A stretch of DNA of 63,539 bases, filler included, from Welwitschia mirabilis (taxonomy: Eukaryota): assembly GCA_051453625.1 (NCBI GenBank). It is 4 parts of one record of this genome, joined end to end, with 100 filler letters (N's around TTAATTAATTAA, not from the genome) between each part and the next. Parts side by side here need not be neighbours in the genome. Positions count along the whole stretch, not along the records: positions 55,930 to 63,539 come from JBOZIK010000001.1; 3 more parts are not named here. The stretch is one strand, 5' to 3'. A model generated the notes under the pieces. That model had not been told where the DNA came from. It ran no database searches and saw only the letters and a program-made list of their open reading frames with translations. Positions 59,245 to 63,539 of the stretch are shown here, one piece after another. Each line of letters begins with the position of its first letter. The stretch's first letter is position 1. The translations under genes and the position numbers were made by a program.

Positions 59245-60779
59245 CTGTGGAATCCAAGAGCTTCCAGTAAGTCTAAATATAAATCCAGAAGAGTAAACTC
59301 GCATAATTATTTGAGCCTCAAATCAAAATCTAAAAACACTAAAACCTTCCATAACTGGTTAAGAAAGTGTATAAGACAAACTTTACTATCATATTTTCAT
59401 ATCAATCTGGTTGCATAAATAATAATTATACTGATTTCTCATCATAGAAAACAGAAATGAGATATGGCACATTTAGTAATGATTTAAGAAAACAGACAAC
59501 CAAAAGGGTATGCAATAATTAGCCTTGATCCCTTGTCTAAAACCCCAGTGCCATGCCCTTTTCTTAACCCTGTACTGTTTGAATCTGCATAAGATCGATA
59601 CTGTGTTGTGATAAAAGACACTATTCCTAGAAGGCACCACCTTCAGCTTCCTGAACACCTTTATCTTTCCCCGGCTCTTTTCATTCCTTTCTCCAAGCCT
59701 TTTATTCCCATTTGCTTAATATGACACCATCTTATTGTAAGACAAGCCTTCGAAAAAGGAAAAAATACTAAGAAAGATAATTAGGCATTTTGACTCCTCA
59801 AAAGATGTTAAGAAACAGAGCAAAGTGGAAATTCGAGAGATATTAAATTAGAAAATTGCAAACATTATTTAACTGGGAGAAAGACAAAGCTCACATATTG
59901 CTTGTGTGCCTTTAAGACTCTTATATTCTTAAGGTCAATTCATGACTTATTGCTCAATTGTGCATTTGTTTGCAAATATGAATGACTTGAAGTTCATAAT
60001 TGATTGGATCAGTTGATGTATTGTTTGATGAACTGTAGTAAGGCTCACAGTAAGTTAGTGAGTACTCGACAACTCACAAGACTGTCAAAACTCCCAAGTA
60101 CGTGTTATAGAAACTCACTGAGTCCAAGATTTGGCCAGAAACTCACTAGTCTCTAAGAAACTCATGGGTCTATGAGTCTATGTCAGTCTCATTGAAAGGA
60201 AGAAAGAAACTTCCATTAATATTTTGTGGCCTCTAAGAACTTCGATTGATATTTTGGTGAAATCTTTGATTTGTACTTTAGTTCTCCATTTTGAAAATTA
60301 TAAATTGTTGTCTATAGTTATGATTTATGAAACTATTTTGCCGAACATGTCCATGCATCATATCTTTCACATTTAAATATCTTAATATAGTGTAGAAAGT
60401 CTAAAAACGTCATTAAAAACCTTAAAACAGTATTTAAAATGCTCGAAAAAGGAGACCGTTTAGTGACTCCTTTTGATTCCCAAGTCTACGCCAACACCCA
60501 ATCAGCTTCTAAGTCAAGGTGAGACACAAGTATTTCCACCTACCTAAGCCAAGGGCAAGTCCGAGTCTTGCTCCAGTGGTTTGATGAGTAGTGCAAGTCT
60601 ATCTATTTAAATGTTTGAATGGCAACTTAATGAATAGTTATAACACCAGTCAATATCTTTGGTGATGTGTTACTTAAGCTAACTTAGTTAGTTATCATAA
60701 CTAACTTGTATCTTTGTAGTGGAGTAATGCCTTAAACTCCATTGCATACTGAAGTCATCTCCAATAGTCTTTCTCAGAC

Positions 60780-63539
60780 TATATGTCATCCAACACCCTT
60801 ATGGAGTCATTTAGGATACTATTTCCTTTATAACAACCCCCACCCTTGGACTTTGTCTGGTCATTCTTCGAATTCTTTTGGAAGGTTGATGACTTTGTTA
60901 TAGTCGGCTTTGAAGACTTGTTTTCCTATGGCATGTTCACCCTTAATTTGCTTGATCACCAATTCAAAACCATCTATTTGCTCACGGTGACGTACACTGT
61001 AGAGTAAGGCCACTAGATCTTTTAGGCTTCCTCGTATGCCTCTTCTTTTATTACTACCAATGCCGTCAAAACACATTTTCCAAATACAGTTGTAGATGGC
61101 TCTGTCACAAATACTTGAGTCTACTTGAAGCATGTGATTTAGGTTAAGGCAATGCATTCCCATGTCAACATCTTTATTGACTTGCTCTAAGTTTTCCTAC
61201 TTCCTATGCTGTGACTTTTATACTTTAGGTGGGGTTCTTATCAATATCAATGTAATTAGGAACATCTTTCCTTGAAAACCACCTGTGGAAGTAATAAGAA
61301 AATACTTAACCACTGAGTGAAGGTGACCACTCTCTAACAAGAAAGGCTCCATAAATAGTTGGAATGTTAGCCACAAAAAATTTTCACACTCATCACTAGG
61401 GGATCTGAGGCCAACTACACTTTCATGTCCTTCAAAATGCTGGAAGCATTGGCATTTATCCTATCTTGTTGGACCATAGTTTTTGCACAACTTTCTTGGT
61501 TCAAGTCCAACTACGTGCTGCCTCTTTTGGCAAAATGCTAGCAGATGCACCAGAATCAATCAAATAGCTGTTAATAATCTTCCCACACATGCATAGAGCA
61601 AGGAGAACGAATCAACCTTCTTCTTAGAGGCATGTGTTGTGGCTTCAGCTTCTAGTTCAACCAAATCCATATTTAGTAGCATGTCTGCCAAGAATAGAAA
61701 TATAACAACTTGGGATTCCGTACTATAGAAGCCTTGGAGCTTGCAGTATTGCTCTTCTCTCATCTTAAAAACATTATAAAAGGTAATCCTTAAAACCTGG
61801 ATCCAAATCCCTAGAGAGAGGTTGGGGTGAATAGGGAACTAGAAGAGGTCGGGGTGAATAGGGATGCCAACTAGAAAGTTTACTTTCAATCGAAAAATAC
61901 TTCTCAACAATTGCAAACGTAGAATATAATTAGGAACAAAGCATATGCAGATTATGGAAGCTGCAAATGAAGATACAAAGGATAGTGCTGACTCAAGAAT
62001 AATGCTGGAAAGAAGCAGAAACAGCAAGTAACCAAAGAATTTTATAGTAGTTCTTGCAAAGCCTACTCCACTATAGTGTGGAATCAATTTTCTTTCTCCC
62101 TGTTTCCCTTCTACTTTAGTGATTTTCCTATAGACAATCAGTATAACCCTTTTTGACCGAGCTGCAAGTGAACAGTGGGCCATTCGCTAAAGGCACAAGC
62201 ATAGCAAGTCCAGTAAGATAAAGGACGTAGACTGCACAACCACAACGGTAAGGTCTTTCTCTCTCAAGAGATGAGGAATAGATTTCAGTACACAAGAGCA
62301 GAGAGAGCATGAAGCTTGAAAGATAACAAGAAGGTTAAACTGGTAGCCAGAAAGTTCCCCAAACGATATTTCAATTCCTTTTTAAAATGCTACAGATTTT
62401 TTATCATTGAAATGAGGATTCCAAGAAAATGATGGTTGAATCCATGAACTGTACCTGAAGAACACTGAAAATGCTTCAACCAACCAACACATGTGTCCCT
62501 TAATTAAAGGACCGAAAAGTTACATAGGTAACCACCAAAACTAAGTTTCTAATGTTTAAATTGAACTAGAATAGTTATTAGCAGTCTACCAGCAGTTAAT
62601 AAATGGCCTCCTGCTTCAGATTTAGCAGACTTGCAGTTGCAAGGATGGTTACCCACCTTATAGAGAGTTGTTGCCCACTGTCCTCACTGGAAAAAATGTA
62701 TTGCATTGAAATTACTCCAAACGGTGGGTCTCCTCCTGCACACTGCAAGTCAACTGCCTGTGTAGCCAGAAAGGGTCCAAAACCTGATAGTTTAACCTCT
62801 AAAATTACAGTTAAAACCATTGATTGTAACTGACTCAGTTTTTGGTCATCATTGAAAGATCTGATCATCACAAGGAACCTAACCTTCATAGATCACTGAT
62901 CATTATCAGACGTGTAACAATACTAGTCATGGTCCTCTTGATATCTTTCAAGACTAATTAGATGTTGCAGTCTATGGAGTAGGGGCTTCCTTACTTTTAA
63001 GGAATGCCCAGAAGCAGATGAGTCACCACCTCTGCTTGGTTATCCTTCCAAAGACTGCAAATTGCTCTTACAAGAATTGTACTATGAATCTTTTCAAGAT
63101 CATTTCTAGTAACTTGATGTGATGGCATTGGGCTCTTCTTGTGAGGAATGAACGCTCCTCCAGGAACCTTGGACTCCATGTCATCTCTATTGGCATCAAT
63201 TGCCTTGCAAGTGTACATGGTTGTTTAGTAAGCTGAATCTTTCTCAGAAGGATCACTTGTTTCATTTTCACTTTATTGTGGAAGTTGTGTAACATTTACG
63301 TCCAATGGGGGAGGATCCTCTAAATCATAATAGTTTCTGCCCAACAGAATCCCACATGAAACATTTTCCTTAGTTGACACTGTCATCTGCTAGAACCAAA
63401 TAGCCTCTGGACGTGTTCACCGTGATGAGTAGATGTCTTGCAAAATAGGAGTTTGACAAAGCAGACAAAGCAGAAACCAAAAGAAAGTTTGGTGTCAGAG
63501 GTGAAGATTGTTAGAAATGTGACTGGATAGAGCACATGT
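60780..63539 (-). mobile_element. Second TatII-like remnant (gag-like region, PR, aRH) in CAD intron 1, interrupted by a copia LTR
   Basis: YLIDSGASASILPK at ~61527-61566; KTMVQQDRINANASSILKDMKV*LASDP and VANIPTIYGA match the intron 3 copy; aRH WKMCFDG...GFELVIKQIKGE at 60920-61085. Confidence 0.75.
61798..62919 (-). mobile_element. SIRE-like solo LTR nested in the Tat remnant
   Basis: ggggtgaatag (reverse complement CTATTCACCCC, the motif ending the 33609-34931 LTR) occurs twice near 61825-61862. TG...CA termini are plausible but no TSD was confirmed. Confidence 0.55.

Noticed and set aside
59245..63539. Searched for CAD exon 1 or a promoter
   Set aside because: No GWAARD.SG.LSP-like peptide was found. 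The region is TE-derived intron, so exon 1 is probably outside the window.

Overview
AT-rich land-plant nuclear DNA from a gapped draft assembly. The host is probably a gymnosperm, inferred only from a TatII-type retrotransposon domain order. One host gene is present: a CAD1-like cinnamyl alcohol dehydrogenase on the minus strand. Five coding exons (48040-59244) splice in frame with GT-AG introns, exon 1 appears to lie beyond the window end, and intron 3 is about 9.6 kb. Most of the rest is nested, heavily decayed LTR retrotransposons: several Athila-type Ty3/gypsy copies (one apparently gag-protease only), SIRE-type and other Ty1/copia remnants, and two Tat-clade copies inside CAD introns with an archaeal-type RNase H placed directly after the protease. 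There is also a CACTA end, microsatellites and local tandem repeats. Three gaps carry an artificial TTAATTAATTAA linker. I found no convincing novel protein-coding system. The most interesting signals are the PR-aRH-RT-RH-INT elements in the CAD introns, the non-autonomous Athila derivative, and the strong C>T/G>A decay.
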